A stretch of 64,000 nucleotides of DNA, taken from the sequence record MF327009. One strand, given 5' to 3'. Made by a program: the position numbers and the translations under genes. Source of the stretch: Shigella phage Sf25. Numbering within the stretch: position 1 is the first letter of the stretch; the number at the start of each line of letters is the position of its first letter. The notes under the pieces were generated by a model. That model was not told the DNA's origin and made no database searches. It saw only the letters and a list, made by a program, of their open reading frames with translations. Positions 49,850 through 60,196 of the stretch are shown in pieces.

Positions 49850-51309
49850 AGACCAGTTACCTCATGAAAATCACCAAATACATCCTCGAATGTATTAGCT
49901 TTAGTTTTATCTTCACGTAAACGAATCGCAATCGGAAGAAATAATTTAACGTAATCGGTGCGGCCATCAGATTTTAACCAACCATTGCATTCGCACTCTA
50001 GAATTTTTCCAATATAATAATTTTGGTTTTCCATAATGCGAGTACGGTCAAGTTCATGCGATTTTACACCGGCTTTATCTTTTAAGCCTGAACCAGCATT
50101 TACTTTAATTTTTCCACACTCTGATTCAAGAATAAATCCACCCGCTTTAGTAGGGTCTTTACGGTGAGGATAAATTCCTACAATTTTTAAATCAACATCA
50201 ATTACTTCTTTAAATTTATAAAGATTTTTTGAACGAGCATTTTCCCATAATCCATCGATATTTTTGAGAATAATACCTTCAAGACCTTGGTCAATATACT
50301 TTTTATAAATTACCTTAGCTTCATCTAGGTTATTTACTACCTGGTTTTCAATTAAAATTACTTTATCATATCCTGATGTCATTTGTTCTAGTTTAGAAAA
50401 ACGTACATCATATTTTAAACGAAACGCCGGAAGACCGTATATTTCTACCAACGGGACATAATCCCAAACCTGAAACTTCATGCATTGAGCTTCTTTTTCA
50501 GAAATGGTTCCTTTTAAGGATTTATTGGCGATTCCATTAGAAGTAGTACGAGATTCCGCTACTTCGGCGAATTCTTTAGCTTTACTAATTTCAGGATAAG
50601 CATCAAAAAGAAAATCTAGGCCTTCTGGTTCCTTTTTAACTTGCTCATGGTATACCAATTCGCCATCAATTAACACACCTTCTGGATGAATCTGGCGGGC
50701 TTCAGCAGTCATTTTGATTAACTCTTCCTTAAGAAGATCTAATCCTAGATATTCATTACCAGCTCGTGATAAAAGACGAACATCATCTAATTCATCGCCT
50801 CGGACTTCAGCAAAACACCGGGCTCCATCTGCTTTTAACTGCGCAAAGGCTGGAAACTTGATATTCTTACTAATGCCCTTTTCATCATAAGAACTTGCCA
50901 GCATTTGAGGTTGTTCAGGAATTAAACCTGGCCAAACTTTGTTTGCAATAGATACTGAAGCACCGCATTCAAGGTCTCGCATCATCACTCGACGCAAAAC
51001 TTCAACATCATCCTTTTTACCATCAGTGATATATCCAGTTAATTCCTCAATTGCAGCATTTCCAGTCAATTTCCGAGTAGCTAACGTGAATTCAATGAAA
51101 TCAAGCATATCGGTAATGGTCAGCATTCCAAAACTCTGGGTAGCAATACCAGGTTTAGGCCATTTCTTGATATAATACTGTAACCCACGAGAATAAGTCA
51201 GACGATATACTCGTTTAAGCAATTCATTATCTTTATTCTTTTCAAGAATTGCTTGCTTCTGCTTAGTTGATCCAATAGATGCTATTTCATTCAGAATTTT
51301 AAGAATCAT
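49846..51309 (-). CDS. 30: gp30 ATP-dependent DNA ligase
   Basis: 487 aa; adenylation motif KADGAR. Confidence 0.95.
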   Translation of the reverse strand: MILKILNEIASIGSTKQKQAILEKNKDNELLKRVYRLTYSRGLQYYIKKWPKPGIATQSFGMLTITDMLDFIEFTLATRKLTGNAAIEELTGYITDGKKDDVEVLRRVMMRDLECGASVSIANKVWPGLIPEQPQMLASSYDEKGISKNIKFPAFAQLKADGARCFAEVRGDELDDVRLLSRAGNEYLGLDLLKEELIKMTAEARQIHPEGVLIDGELVYHEQVKKEPEGLDFLFDAYPEISKAKEFAEVAESRTTSNGIANKSLKGTISEKEAQCMKFQVWDYVPLVEIYGLPAFRLKYDVRFSKLEQMTSGYDKVILIENQVVNNLDEAKVIYKKYIDQGLEGIILKNIDGLWENARSKNLYKFKEVIDVDLKIVGIYPHRKDPTKAGGFILESECGKIKVNAGSGLKDKAGVKSHELDRTRIMENQNYYIGKILECECNGWLKSDGRTDYVKLFLPIAIRLREDKTKANTFEDVFGDFHEVTGL

Positions 51310-51573
51310 TGTTCATCCTTCAGAGTTTGATTTACAGCTCTATTATAAATCAATTCATCATTAAGCTCAGTTAAAGACCTATGATATGTAGTTCTAACTT
51401 TATTTCCTTGCATCCAGTGCTTGATATAAATGAAACCTTGCTCTACACATTTTTAAAAATTCGTTCGTCTTTTTGAGCTCGGAATTCTGGATTGCATCTA
51501 AAGAATTGATTTACGTGACCGTAATCACGCGTAGTATTACCTTCATTTTCATAAATAGTGTGAACGACAAACA

Positions 51574-51762
51574 TTAGAATGCTCCTTGGAAAATATTATC
51601 ACCACAAGTAGGTCTATTATACAAATACTCTATGCCACCAGGTTTAATATAGTTCCATGTCTGAAACGGATGTGTCTGATATGGATGATATAGATGATTA
51701 TAAGGATTAAACCCAGGAGTTCTCCAGGTAGTGTTCCAACGAAAAGAATCATTTTTAATCAT
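51574..51762 (-). CDS. hypothetical small protein (possibly the 3' part of the upstream HAD gene)
   Basis: 62-aa ORF whose frame stays open upstream into the HAD gene 3' end. Confidence 0.4.
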   Translation of the reverse strand: MIKNDSFRWNTTWRTPGFNPYNHLYHPYQTHPFQTWNYIKPGGIEYLYNRPTCGDNIFQGAF

Positions 51763-51779
51763 CTTTTCAATTACATCTT

Positions 51780-52412
51780 TTATAGCTTTTTCACTATCAA
51801 AACTTTCTTTATTTTCCTTCGGTGAAAAAGTTTATTTTCTACATCATTCCATGTATAAACTCGCTGCGCAGTTTTTGGAATATTGTCACGCTCTCCTCGA
51901 GCCATCCAATAAACAGGAACATTTAATATTTCACTCGCATGATCGCAATGATGCGCGAGATCGTCAATATAACAAATTACGTTATATTTCTCTTTTGCCT
52001 TTTTGAACAACTCTTCTTTTGAAGAATCATGACCACACATCATTACTTCCGAGAAGGCGCCAGGAAAAAGAGCATTCAAATTAAATTGACGATTCAACAG
52101 AGCGTCAATAGAATCACCCAATGCTGTAACAGCTACAAAATTATAATCTTCTTTTAGTTTGTTAATTACACACAGGGCATCTTTATATGGAGACAAGTAA
52201 CGAATAAAATCTGATCGATTATATTTTTCAATTAACTTGACACCAAGTTCTTCATCACAATTAAAGAGTTTACCTGGAGAAATAAATTTCTCATCTTGGA
52301 TCATTTTTAAAATATGTTCTAACGGAAGATTATATTTCTGAGCAAAATAAGGAAGACCTGATTGCCAGCTTAAACAAACTCCATCAATATCAGTTAAAAT
52401 AGTAGGCTTCAT
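51780..52412 (-). CDS. HAD-superfamily hydrolase-like protein
   Basis: 210 aa; N-terminal motif I LTDIDGV (DxDG). Confidence 0.65.
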   Translation of the reverse strand: MKPTILTDIDGVCLSWQSGLPYFAQKYNLPLEHILKMIQDEKFISPGKLFNCDEELGVKLIEKYNRSDFIRYLSPYKDALCVINKLKEDYNFVAVTALGDSIDALLNRQFNLNALFPGAFSEVMMCGHDSSKEELFKKAKEKYNVICYIDDLAHHCDHASEILNVPVYWMARGERDNIPKTAQRVYTWNDVENKLFHRRKIKKVLIVKKL

Positions 52413-52873
52413 AGAGAGTCTCTTAATAGGTTTAACACATCAATAAATTCAGCTTCGGTTAATATTGTATCATCTTTTGTTAGACCACTAGCCATGCTGT
52501 GCTTCAAAACTTTTCCTTTCGAGGCTTGTAATGCATCGCGAAAGCCCCTGTTTTGGAACGCTGCTTCAAAATATGCATTTGTGTATAATTCTTTCCACGC
52601 TGGGGAGTATCTTGAAAACGGAACTCCAAGCCAAAAGAGGGTCCCACGGTCCTGAGCTCTAGCATAAGACCTTCCAGCTTGTTGGGCGGCAAGCCCGGAT
52701 AACCCAAATATACGTCTTTGCTGTTCAACATTTTTCACCTTACATCCTTGGAGGAATCCTTCGAGACCTCCAAATTGGATACCATCCATAACAAAAGGCC
52801 ATTGGGCGAAATTACTTAATGCGCATGATGGCCATTTAAAATTGCTTCTAATCTCTAACTCAGACATTTTCAA
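52409..52873 (-). CDS. NADAR / YbiA-like (DUF1768) protein (T4 30.3 family)
   Basis: 154 aa; SNFAQWPF and EGFLQGCKV resemble E. coli YbiA motifs. Confidence 0.65.
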   Translation of the reverse strand: MKMSELEIRSNFKWPSCALSNFAQWPFVMDGIQFGGLEGFLQGCKVKNVEQQRRIFGLSGLAAQQAGRSYARAQDRGTLFWLGVPFSRYSPAWKELYTNAYFEAAFQNRGFRDALQASKGKVLKHSMASGLTKDDTILTEAEFIDVLNLLRDSL

Positions 52874-53066
52874 TACTTATAATTTCAACATCAGCCCAAT
52901 GACCATAGCAAGGAAGACGAAATTCAACTGGCCAGTTAGGGTCCTTTTCTAATATAATAGACTGAACTTGTGGCTCTTCATATTCATCGGTATACGGACC
53001 TTTATACGTTACTTTATATGTGACCTTAATATGCTGAATTCCAAAAATCTTATTAATTATATTCAT
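52860..53066 (-). CDS. hypothetical small early protein
   Basis: 68-aa ORF in co-directional overlapping array. Confidence 0.5.
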   Translation of the reverse strand: MNIINKIFGIQHIKVTYKVTYKGPYTDEYEEPQVQSIILEKDPNWPVEFRLPCYGHWADVEIISIENV

Positions 53067-53260
53067 ACTAATTCCTTTAATCCGTAAATAGGAGATAATT
53101 CATCGCCCATACGAAGGTCTTCATTTCCATCTACCCAGGAAACAATATAAGCCTCTTTTATTTGAATACCACTCCATTTAAATGGAGGTAGAACCTTAGA
53201 AATTAATCCAGGTATACCAACTCCCTTTAATTCAACAGTTTGACCTAAAAAGAATTTCAT
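53063..53260 (-). CDS. hypothetical small early protein
   Basis: 65-aa ORF, ATGA overlap with neighbours. Confidence 0.5.
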   Translation of the reverse strand: MKFFLGQTVELKGVGIPGLISKVLPPFKWSGIQIKEAYIVSWVDGNEDLRMGDELSPIYGLKELV

Positions 53261-53547
53261 TAGAACCTCATCTGAAAACCGTGCGATTTAACATTACCGC
53301 CACCAATATCAGAGATATTAATTTCGCGCGCAATTGAAGGGTCAATGTCAATTTCACGATTGAGTTTAGTGATAGCTAAAGTATCGCGCCCATTTACAGT
53401 ACGGAACTCTAAAGGACATACTACATTAACGTAGTTTTTAATCGATTCACTGGTAGGTTGCAAATGAACAGGAAGGTCTTTAGGCGCCTTTGAGAAAACC
53501 ACTTCACAGAAATTTTTGCGGGTATCAAAATAAGTAGTCATAAACAT
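53260..53547 (-). CDS. hypothetical small early protein
   Basis: 95-aa ORF. Confidence 0.5.
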   Translation of the reverse strand: MFMTTYFDTRKNFCEVVFSKAPKDLPVHLQPTSESIKNYVNVVCPLEFRTVNGRDTLAITKLNREIDIDPSIAREINISDIGGGNVKSHGFQMRF

Positions 53548-53588
53548 AGTATTTTCCTCAGTAAGGGGCCGAAGCCCCTCATTTTATT

Positions 53589-53954
53589 TTAAATATCAAA
53601 TTCGTTAAGAACTACATCAAAGATTGCTTCAAGATGCTCAGGTTTAGCTCTGTTACTCAGAATATGACGAATCCAAGTTTTAACCAGAAGCTTGCGATTA
53701 ACGCCATTCCAGCAAGGATGAGTCCCTAAATCGCGTTGACGAAAATCATCATCCAAAGCGATTTTGAAGTTGGAACCTTCCATTGTGATTGAAACCGTGA
53801 TGCCATTTTCAAATCGCATATAAACGTAGTTAGGAGTCATATACTGTTCAATTTCGCATACTGATCCATTTTGATGTTTCCAAAGGCAAATAGTATCAAT
53901 AGAACCTGCAATACCATTAGAAACATATTTACGTTCAAAGTTGATGTAGTTCAT
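53589..53954 (-). CDS. hypothetical early protein
   Basis: 121-aa ORF. Confidence 0.55.
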   Translation of the reverse strand: MNYINFERKYVSNGIAGSIDTICLWKHQNGSVCEIEQYMTPNYVYMRFENGITVSITMEGSNFKIALDDDFRQRDLGTHPCWNGVNRKLLVKTWIRHILSNRAKPEHLEAIFDVVLNEFDI

Positions 53955-54022
53955 TTTTATTCTCCGAGATGTTTAATTGCGGTACAGGTATATAATATCA
54001 TATCCTGTACCAAAGTAAACAA

Positions 54023-54355
54023 TTATTTTACTACTTTCCAGTGCTTCATGTCAAGTTTACCAACTTTTTTCATCTTCTCAATTAAGCGTTCGGCACGTTG
54101 GCGAGCTGTAACATAATACCATTCACCTAATTCATTTTGTTCAATTTTTCCAACGATTACTGTATTCAATTCATAAATCCAACCAGTAAAGAAATTATGA
54201 ACTTGAATTGTAAAGGTGAAATCTGTTCCCATACCTTCTGTTGTTTCTACTTCAATAATATCACCTTCAACTGCCATTAAGAACCACATAGTTTCATCAT
54301 ATTTACCATTGAAGCATTTAGTTTTAACTGCAGCGTTCAGATTAATCGTTTTCAT
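54023..54355 (-). CDS. hypothetical early protein
   Basis: 110-aa ORF preceded by an early promoter. Confidence 0.55.
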   Translation of the reverse strand: MKTINLNAAVKTKCFNGKYDETMWFLMAVEGDIIEVETTEGMGTDFTFTIQVHNFFTGWIYELNTVIVGKIEQNELGEWYYVTARQRAERLIEKMKKVGKLDMKHWKVVK

Positions 54356-54382
54356 TTTATTCTCCTTTGTTTCTGTAAGATA

Positions 54383-54411
54383 ATACTAACACAAAGGAAC
54401 CATACTGTAAA
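54383..54411 (-). promoter_or_regulatory. sigma70-like early promoter (-35 TTTACA, 17-nt spacer, TGtTAGTAT)
   Basis: reverse complement of 54383-54412 reads GTTTACA-N17-TAGTAT. Confidence 0.5.
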
Positions 54412-54430
54412 CAACTTTGTGCAATCTTTG

Positions 54431-54460
54431 GAAAATAAAAAAGGACTCCCGAAGGAGTCC
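54431..54460 (-). terminator. rho-independent terminator (GGACTCC-CGAA-GGAGTCC hairpin plus U-run) after the duplicated basic-protein gene
   Basis: perfect 7-bp stem followed on the minus strand by TTTTTTATTTTC. Confidence 0.65.
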
Positions 54461-54465
54461 TCAAC

Positions 54466-54807
54466 TTATGCTTTCTGCTTACCAAAACGAGAAGCATCAT
54501 CTCGAAGAACCGCACGTGCTCGGCGCATGATCTTCTCAACAGTTTGATTGATACGAGAGTTCGACCCACGCTTGTAGCCAGCGCGTTTAGAATCACCAAC
54601 TTTCTTTTCAACTGCTTTCTTTGCTTTAGCTTGTTTTTTCTGCTTACCAAAACGAGAAGCATCATCTCGAAGAACCGCACGTGCTCGGCGCATGATCTTC
54701 TCAACAGTTTGATTGATACGAGAGTTCGACCCACGCTTGTAGCCAGCGCGTTTAGAATCACCAACTTTCTTTTCAACTGCTTTCTTTGCTTTAGCTTGTT
54801 TTGCCAT
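54466..54807 (-). CDS. small lysine/arginine-rich protein carrying an in-frame 55-codon tandem duplication
   Basis: from ATG 54807: MAKQAKAKKAVEKK...RFGKQK then KQAKAKKAVEKK...RFGKQKA; 113 aa, about 58 aa without the duplication. Confidence 0.65.
   Translation of the reverse strand: MAKQAKAKKAVEKKVGDSKRAGYKRGSNSRINQTVEKIMRRARAVLRDDASRFGKQKKQAKAKKAVEKKVGDSKRAGYKRGSNSRINQTVEKIMRRARAVLRDDASRFGKQKA
54472..54801. repeat. perfect tandem duplication, 2 x 165 bp (54472-54636 and 54637-54801)
   Basis: identical at offset 165, in frame within the basic-protein gene. Confidence 0.95.
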
Positions 54808-55095
54808 TATAAATTCTCTTTTAAATGAAAATGCAGGACTTATTGGCATTGCCTGCGCAAGCCCTCAAGGGGAACATAGGTTTTTGGATATTTAACGACC
54901 AGGATAACCATAAACCCGTCATCATACCACCAAGACTTACACAGATAACACTTTTCTGACGCATGATAGTAACATTCAAGAGGTACACCGTAAAACTGCC
55001 GGGGTCTTGAAACTATAATGATTCGCAAATCATTAATCAGACAGTTCGACGGCTCCTCGATTTAGCTCACACTAAGGCAGTGAATCTCCAATAAA

Positions 55096-55344
55096 TTACT
55101 TCAATGTTACCACAAAGTGACGAACTGCTTTTCGTGCAGCAGAAGCCAGAGGCTTAGCATACTTAAGTTCATCTTTTTCCTGGAGCTCAGCAGCTAATGC
55201 AGTTTGAGCAGGATTCAGATGTTTGAAATAACGCAGGATTTCAAGAGCTTCGGCTTCAACATCAATAGATGCGCCATAGTTTTCGTGACCATTATTCCAT
55301 GCGTTTCGTTGCAGTTCAAGAGCGTGTTGTAATTGTTTAATCAT
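55096..55344 (-). CDS. rIII: rIII lysis-inhibition accessory protein
   Basis: 82-aa ORF directly downstream of gene 31 as in T4. Confidence 0.7.
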   Translation of the reverse strand: MIKQLQHALELQRNAWNNGHENYGASIDVEAEALEILRYFKHLNPAQTALAAELQEKDELKYAKPLASAARKAVRHFVVTLK

Positions 55345-55428
55345 TTAAAAATTCTCGTTAGAGATTAAAACTCGGTAGTCACGTTCTTCTGAATTTCATC
55401 TTCTTTCGACAGATCTCTCAGTTGTAGA

Positions 55429-55734
55429 CTAACAGGTAACGAATTTTTGTTTAATTTCTTTTGGCTGCTTAAGACCCAGAGCTACAAAAGGGTGTGGAAC
55501 GTTTCGAATTTGACCAACTGGAAGAGAAGTCAAATCACCAACTTCACAGAAACCTTCAGGAACATCAGGACCAACAGAGTGAACTACACACAGTTCAGGA
55601 ACTTCACCTTGAACACGTTTACCGATAATAAGTCCTGATTCTGTAACTTCTTCATCACCGGCTTGTGCAGGTTCAGAAACTAAAATAACATATTCACCGA
55701 CAGCACGAATTGGTAGCTGTTGTACTTCAGACAT
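55429..55734 (-). CDS. 31: gp31 co-chaperonin (GroES analogue)
   Basis: 101-aa [25 protein letters not shown]...; T4 synteny. Confidence 0.8.
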
Positions 55735-55790
55735 CGTTTTTCCTTTTTGTTAGCAGATGAATTAATAATAACAAATAATTCTTAAAGCAT

Positions 55791-56099
55791 TTATTTACCA
55801 ATAAATTGAAGCAAATGCTCAACTTTCATACCATTAACGGAAATCAATTTGTCAATAGAAAAACCTCGCCATGCACCAAGCTCAACATCAAATACTGGAA
55901 TCATATCAGTAGATTCTTTCCGAGCAGATTCAGTCAATTTACCAGTTTGCATGGTTGGCATAAAGTCCGCATCACGAGTGCCTTTCATAGTACGAATAGT
56001 ACCATCAGACTTTTCAAAAACTACGTTTGAAATACCCATGGACAATTTAGTTTTCAAAATTTCACGAATTGCTACTTTCTGTTCAGTTGTCAGTTTCAT
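55791..56099 (-). CDS. hypothetical protein (T4 31.1 position)
   Basis: 102-aa ORF. Confidence 0.55.
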   Translation of the reverse strand: MKLTTEQKVAIREILKTKLSMGISNVVFEKSDGTIRTMKGTRDADFMPTMQTGKLTESARKESTDMIPVFDVELGAWRGFSIDKLISVNGMKVEHLLQFIGK

Positions 56100-56336
56100 T
56101 TATTTACCTATTACAGTTTTAATATGGGTTGTTCCACGTTCTTTAAGAGTGGAAAGCAATTTTTGGCATTTTTCTAAATCAGATTTCCAACTATACGGCC
56201 TATCAATACAAACCCATTCTGACTTATAATACTGCTTCCATTTAGAGAAAAAATATTTCTTATACTCTACAGCAAATGAAATGTTCTCGTTAGAATAAGA
56301 ACTAATTGCTGTGAGCTGTACCAAACGAAATTTCAT
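56100..56336 (-). CDS. hypothetical protein (T4 31.2 position)
   Basis: 78-aa ORF. Confidence 0.5.
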   Translation of the reverse strand: MKFRLVQLTAISSYSNENISFAVEYKKYFFSKWKQYYKSEWVCIDRPYSWKSDLEKCQKLLSTLKERGTTHIKTVIGK

Positions 56337-56917
56337 TATTCACCACAGAATTCGTTGATATTTTCCCAATTTAACTTATTTAAGTTTTTCTTAGGAACAT
56401 TAAACACTTCAATACCTGCATTTCGCAGAATATCATCCCAGCCAGGTTTATTTTTATCGTATGTTTCACAATAAACCAACTTTTTAATTCCAGATTGAGC
56501 TATCGCTTTTGCACAATCTGAGCAAGGAGAAAGTGTTACATACATAGTAGCACCTTCAATTGAAGAACCGTTTCGTGCAGCAAACAAAATCGCATTTAGT
56601 TCAGCATGAATTTCATTTTTAGACGACCATTCAGAGTGAGCGCTACGGTGTTCTTTCGCCAAGACAAAACGATCAGTTGAACCAAACGATACGCATTCAG
56701 GCTTATTACCTTGAATGATAGTATGTTTAGGCTTATTCAGCAACCAACCTTGCTCAGCAGCATAATCACAACAGTTCACACCACCAGCAGGTGAACCATT
56801 ATATCCGGTAGAAATAATACGTCCATTCTTTTCAATTACTGCTCCTACCTTCCAGGAGCAACATTTTGATTCCTGCGATACTAAATATGCAATTTGAAGT
56901 ACTGTACTCGCTTTCAT
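56336..56917 (-). CDS. cd: dCMP deaminase
   Basis: 193 aa; zinc-binding motifs HAE and PCSDC. Confidence 0.9.
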   Translation of the reverse strand: MKASTVLQIAYLVSQESKCCSWKVGAVIEKNGRIISTGYNGSPAGGVNCCDYAAEQGWLLNKPKHTIIQGNKPECVSFGSTDRFVLAKEHRSAHSEWSSKNEIHAELNAILFAARNGSSIEGATMYVTLSPCSDCAKAIAQSGIKKLVYCETYDKNKPGWDDILRNAGIEVFNVPKKNLNKLNWENINEFCGE

Positions 56918-57252
56918 TTCATAATCACCAGATAAGCAGATTTAGCAGTTTCAACACGATAAATTTCGTGACGAAGTTTAGTTATACTTTTAATAACAGA
57001 ACTAATTATATTCTGCCCATCTTTAAAGCGGTTTTTCTTATCAATAAAAATTGCGCCAACCATCTTTTTGTGAAGCTCAACTGGATACTTCGTCACAATA
57101 ATAGCATCATATACGGAAGGATGAATACTATTTACTAGAGTGTCATTCATTAAAGTTATTCTAATGAACTGTGCTGTTTCAGAGTCAAGCGCTCTATGAT
57201 CACCAGTATCATTTTCAAGACAATTATCAATTATATCAGTTAAATTCATCAT
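56914..57252 (-). CDS. hypothetical early protein
   Basis: 112-aa ORF, ATGA overlap with cd. Confidence 0.5.
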   Translation of the reverse strand: MMNLTDIIDNCLENDTGDHRALDSETAQFIRITLMNDTLVNSIHPSVYDAIIVTKYPVELHKKMVGAIFIDKKNRFKDGQNIISSVIKSITKLRHEIYRVETAKSAYLVIMK

Positions 57253-57485
57253 AGTACGCCATACACCCTTTGTGCTTCAACTAATCCATCAAAATCCAGT
57301 TTAAGATGTGTTATTTGATCACCATCACCTGGATTCACAATTACTAATACTGAACGAGGAGTTTCGGTAATAACACGAACCGATGTTTCAGGAAATCGTT
57401 CAGAAACCTTATTTACCAATTCCTGAGCAAATAGTTTAACTTTTTCTTGGAATTCTTTAACAGTAATTGGTTTTTCACTTAGCAT
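57249..57485 (-). CDS. hypothetical early protein
   Basis: 78-aa ORF. Confidence 0.5.
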   Translation of the reverse strand: MLSEKPITVKEFQEKVKLFAQELVNKVSERFPETSVRVITETPRSVLVIVNPGDGDQITHLKLDFDGLVEAQRVYGVL

Positions 57486-58006
57486 GTTGATCCCAGCTCC
57501 TTACTTTCAACGTTTTTAACTAATTTGACAGAAACTAATTCGGCATCTTGGGTAATCATTACCGGGCCTTCTTCATACTCTTCAAGATATTCTAGAGCTT
57601 TCTTTTTAGCTTCTTCCTTCGTATCAGTTTGAGCATAGATATAGAACATACAACCAGTAATACCTACTACTTTCCACTTAATTTCTTTATCAGTTTTAAT
57701 TTCAAATTTACTGATAGAGTCATCTTTTTGAACTTCTTCGAAAAAATAATATTCTGACATATAAGTAATTGAAAATAACGGGCTATCTTTATAAGATTCG
57801 CCCATTACATCAACAGCTTTATACCAGCAGTCATCAATTTCACGTTTAATGCTAATAACATTTTTCGCAGAATCTATTTTTACTTTAAATGAATTTTCCC
57901 CAATAAACTTGGCAATTCGTTTATTAGCCCCGCAAGTTTCATTAAAAATATCTTTATATCCAGCTTTAAAGCGATAAACCTTATCTTCTTCAAACCATTT
58001 GCTCAT
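57479..58006 (-). CDS. hypothetical early protein
   Basis: 175-aa ORF preceded by an early promoter. Confidence 0.55.
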   Translation of the reverse strand: MSKWFEEDKVYRFKAGYKDIFNETCGANKRIAKFIGENSFKVKIDSAKNVISIKREIDDCWYKAVDVMGESYKDSPLFSITYMSEYYFFEEVQKDDSISKFEIKTDKEIKWKVVGITGCMFYIYAQTDTKEEAKKKALEYLEEYEEGPVMITQDAELVSVKLVKNVESKELGSTC

Positions 58007-58036
58007 TTCAATTTCCTCATTTGTTTTGGTAGAGCT

Positions 58037-58065
58037 ATAATATCACAACTCTACCGTAAAGTAAA
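58037..58065 (-). promoter_or_regulatory. sigma70-like early promoter (-35 TTTACT, 17-nt spacer, extended -10 TGaTATTAT)
   Basis: reverse complement of 58035-58068. Confidence 0.55.
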
Positions 58066-58068
58066 CTG

Positions 58069-58344
58069 TTAAATTGCCTTGAATTCTGATGTCTGTGATT
58101 CAAAACGAATATCGCCTTTGATGACTAGCTCAGCATCAAGACCGAATACGACAATGATATGTGCGGAACCTGGATACAGCGTAATGGCAATAGAATCAAC
58201 CTGGTCTGGAAGCAAAGTATTCAATACATGAGTCACTTGAGCATGAATTCGAAGCTCGGCTGCGTTATCAAGCTTTTCAAACATATTATTAGCGATAATT
58301 TGGCTAAACACTACTTCTACGATTTTAGAATAAGTCGGAAACAT
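58069..58344 (-). CDS. hypothetical early protein
   Basis: 91-aa ORF. Confidence 0.5.
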   Translation of the reverse strand: MFPTYSKIVEVVFSQIIANNMFEKLDNAAELRIHAQVTHVLNTLLPDQVDSIAITLYPGSAHIIVVFGLDAELVIKGDIRFESQTSEFKAI

Positions 58345-58346
58345 AT

Positions 58347-58547
58347 TTACCTCACATAATTTTCTTCAAGCCAATCAATAACATCCAACGCATTATCAAA
58401 AGTTGAACCATCTACTTTATCTTCTGTTTCATAATCAAGAACATCTAAGCCTACTCTTCCATCAACAATAGGCCATAAACAAAATAGATATTTCTTTTCT
58501 TTTTCAATTTTATCACAAAGACGATAAATCTTTTCTATATTATTCAT
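58347..58547 (-). CDS. hypothetical early protein
   Basis: 66-aa ORF. Confidence 0.5.
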   Translation of the reverse strand: MNNIEKIYRLCDKIEKEKKYLFCLWPIVDGRVGLDVLDYETEDKVDGSTFDNALDVIDWLEENYVR

Positions 58548-58736
58548 AAGTTTTCCATGGTAAAGGCAGTTTAGTTTTCTTTACTGTTAGTTCAATATCA
58601 GGATTCTTTTCTCTTAATTTAAGGCATTCCTCCCAAGCTCTGATTTCACTAGTGAATACACAAAATTGCCCATTACTAGTACCAACTAAACCACTATTTA
58701 CAATAACAATAGACCAAGTTTCATGATGCCACGCCA

Positions 58737-58737
<1 letters not shown>
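58540..58737 (-). CDS. hypothetical early protein
   Basis: 65-aa ORF. Confidence 0.5.
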
Positions 58738-59962
<1,225 letters not shown>

Positions 59963-59965
59963 TTA

Positions 59966-60196
59966 TTATTTCTCAACCAATGATTGAATATAATCATGCA
60001 GGTCTTTAGATGCTTTACCCCACTTATTTTGGTATTCATTTTTAAGATTAGCCCGAGATTGAGCTAATAAAACATCATTAGTTGGAGGTAAAGATTCTAA
60101 CCGTTGAATCTGGCGTCCATAAATCATTGCAGCCATCTCGGATTCATAAATCAATCCTTTGAGATGTTCAAATTGATGCCATGAAATCATTTGCAT
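59966..60196 (-). CDS. hypothetical protein
   Basis: 76-aa ORF. Confidence 0.5.
   Translation of the reverse strand: MQMISWHQFEHLKGLIYESEMAAMIYGRQIQRLESLPPTNDVLLAQSRANLKNEYQNKWGKASKDLHDYIQSLVEK

Noticed and set aside
51309-51574. Two short ORFs (43 aa and 35 aa) in different frames just upstream of gene 30, possibly one frameshifted gene
   Set aside because: There is no homology anchor or homopolymer signature to support a frameshift; they may be genuine separate small genes.
54357-54776. 139-aa ORF with an internal repeat (KRKLVILNALATSVG... twice)
   Set aside because: It is an alternative frame across the 165-bp duplication; the lysine-rich frame with a proper start and a terminator is the plausible gene.
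54840-55028. 62-aa ORF in the rIII-proximal spacer
   Set aside because: No ribosome-binding site and a Cys/Trp/Tyr-rich, atypical composition; treated as non-coding.
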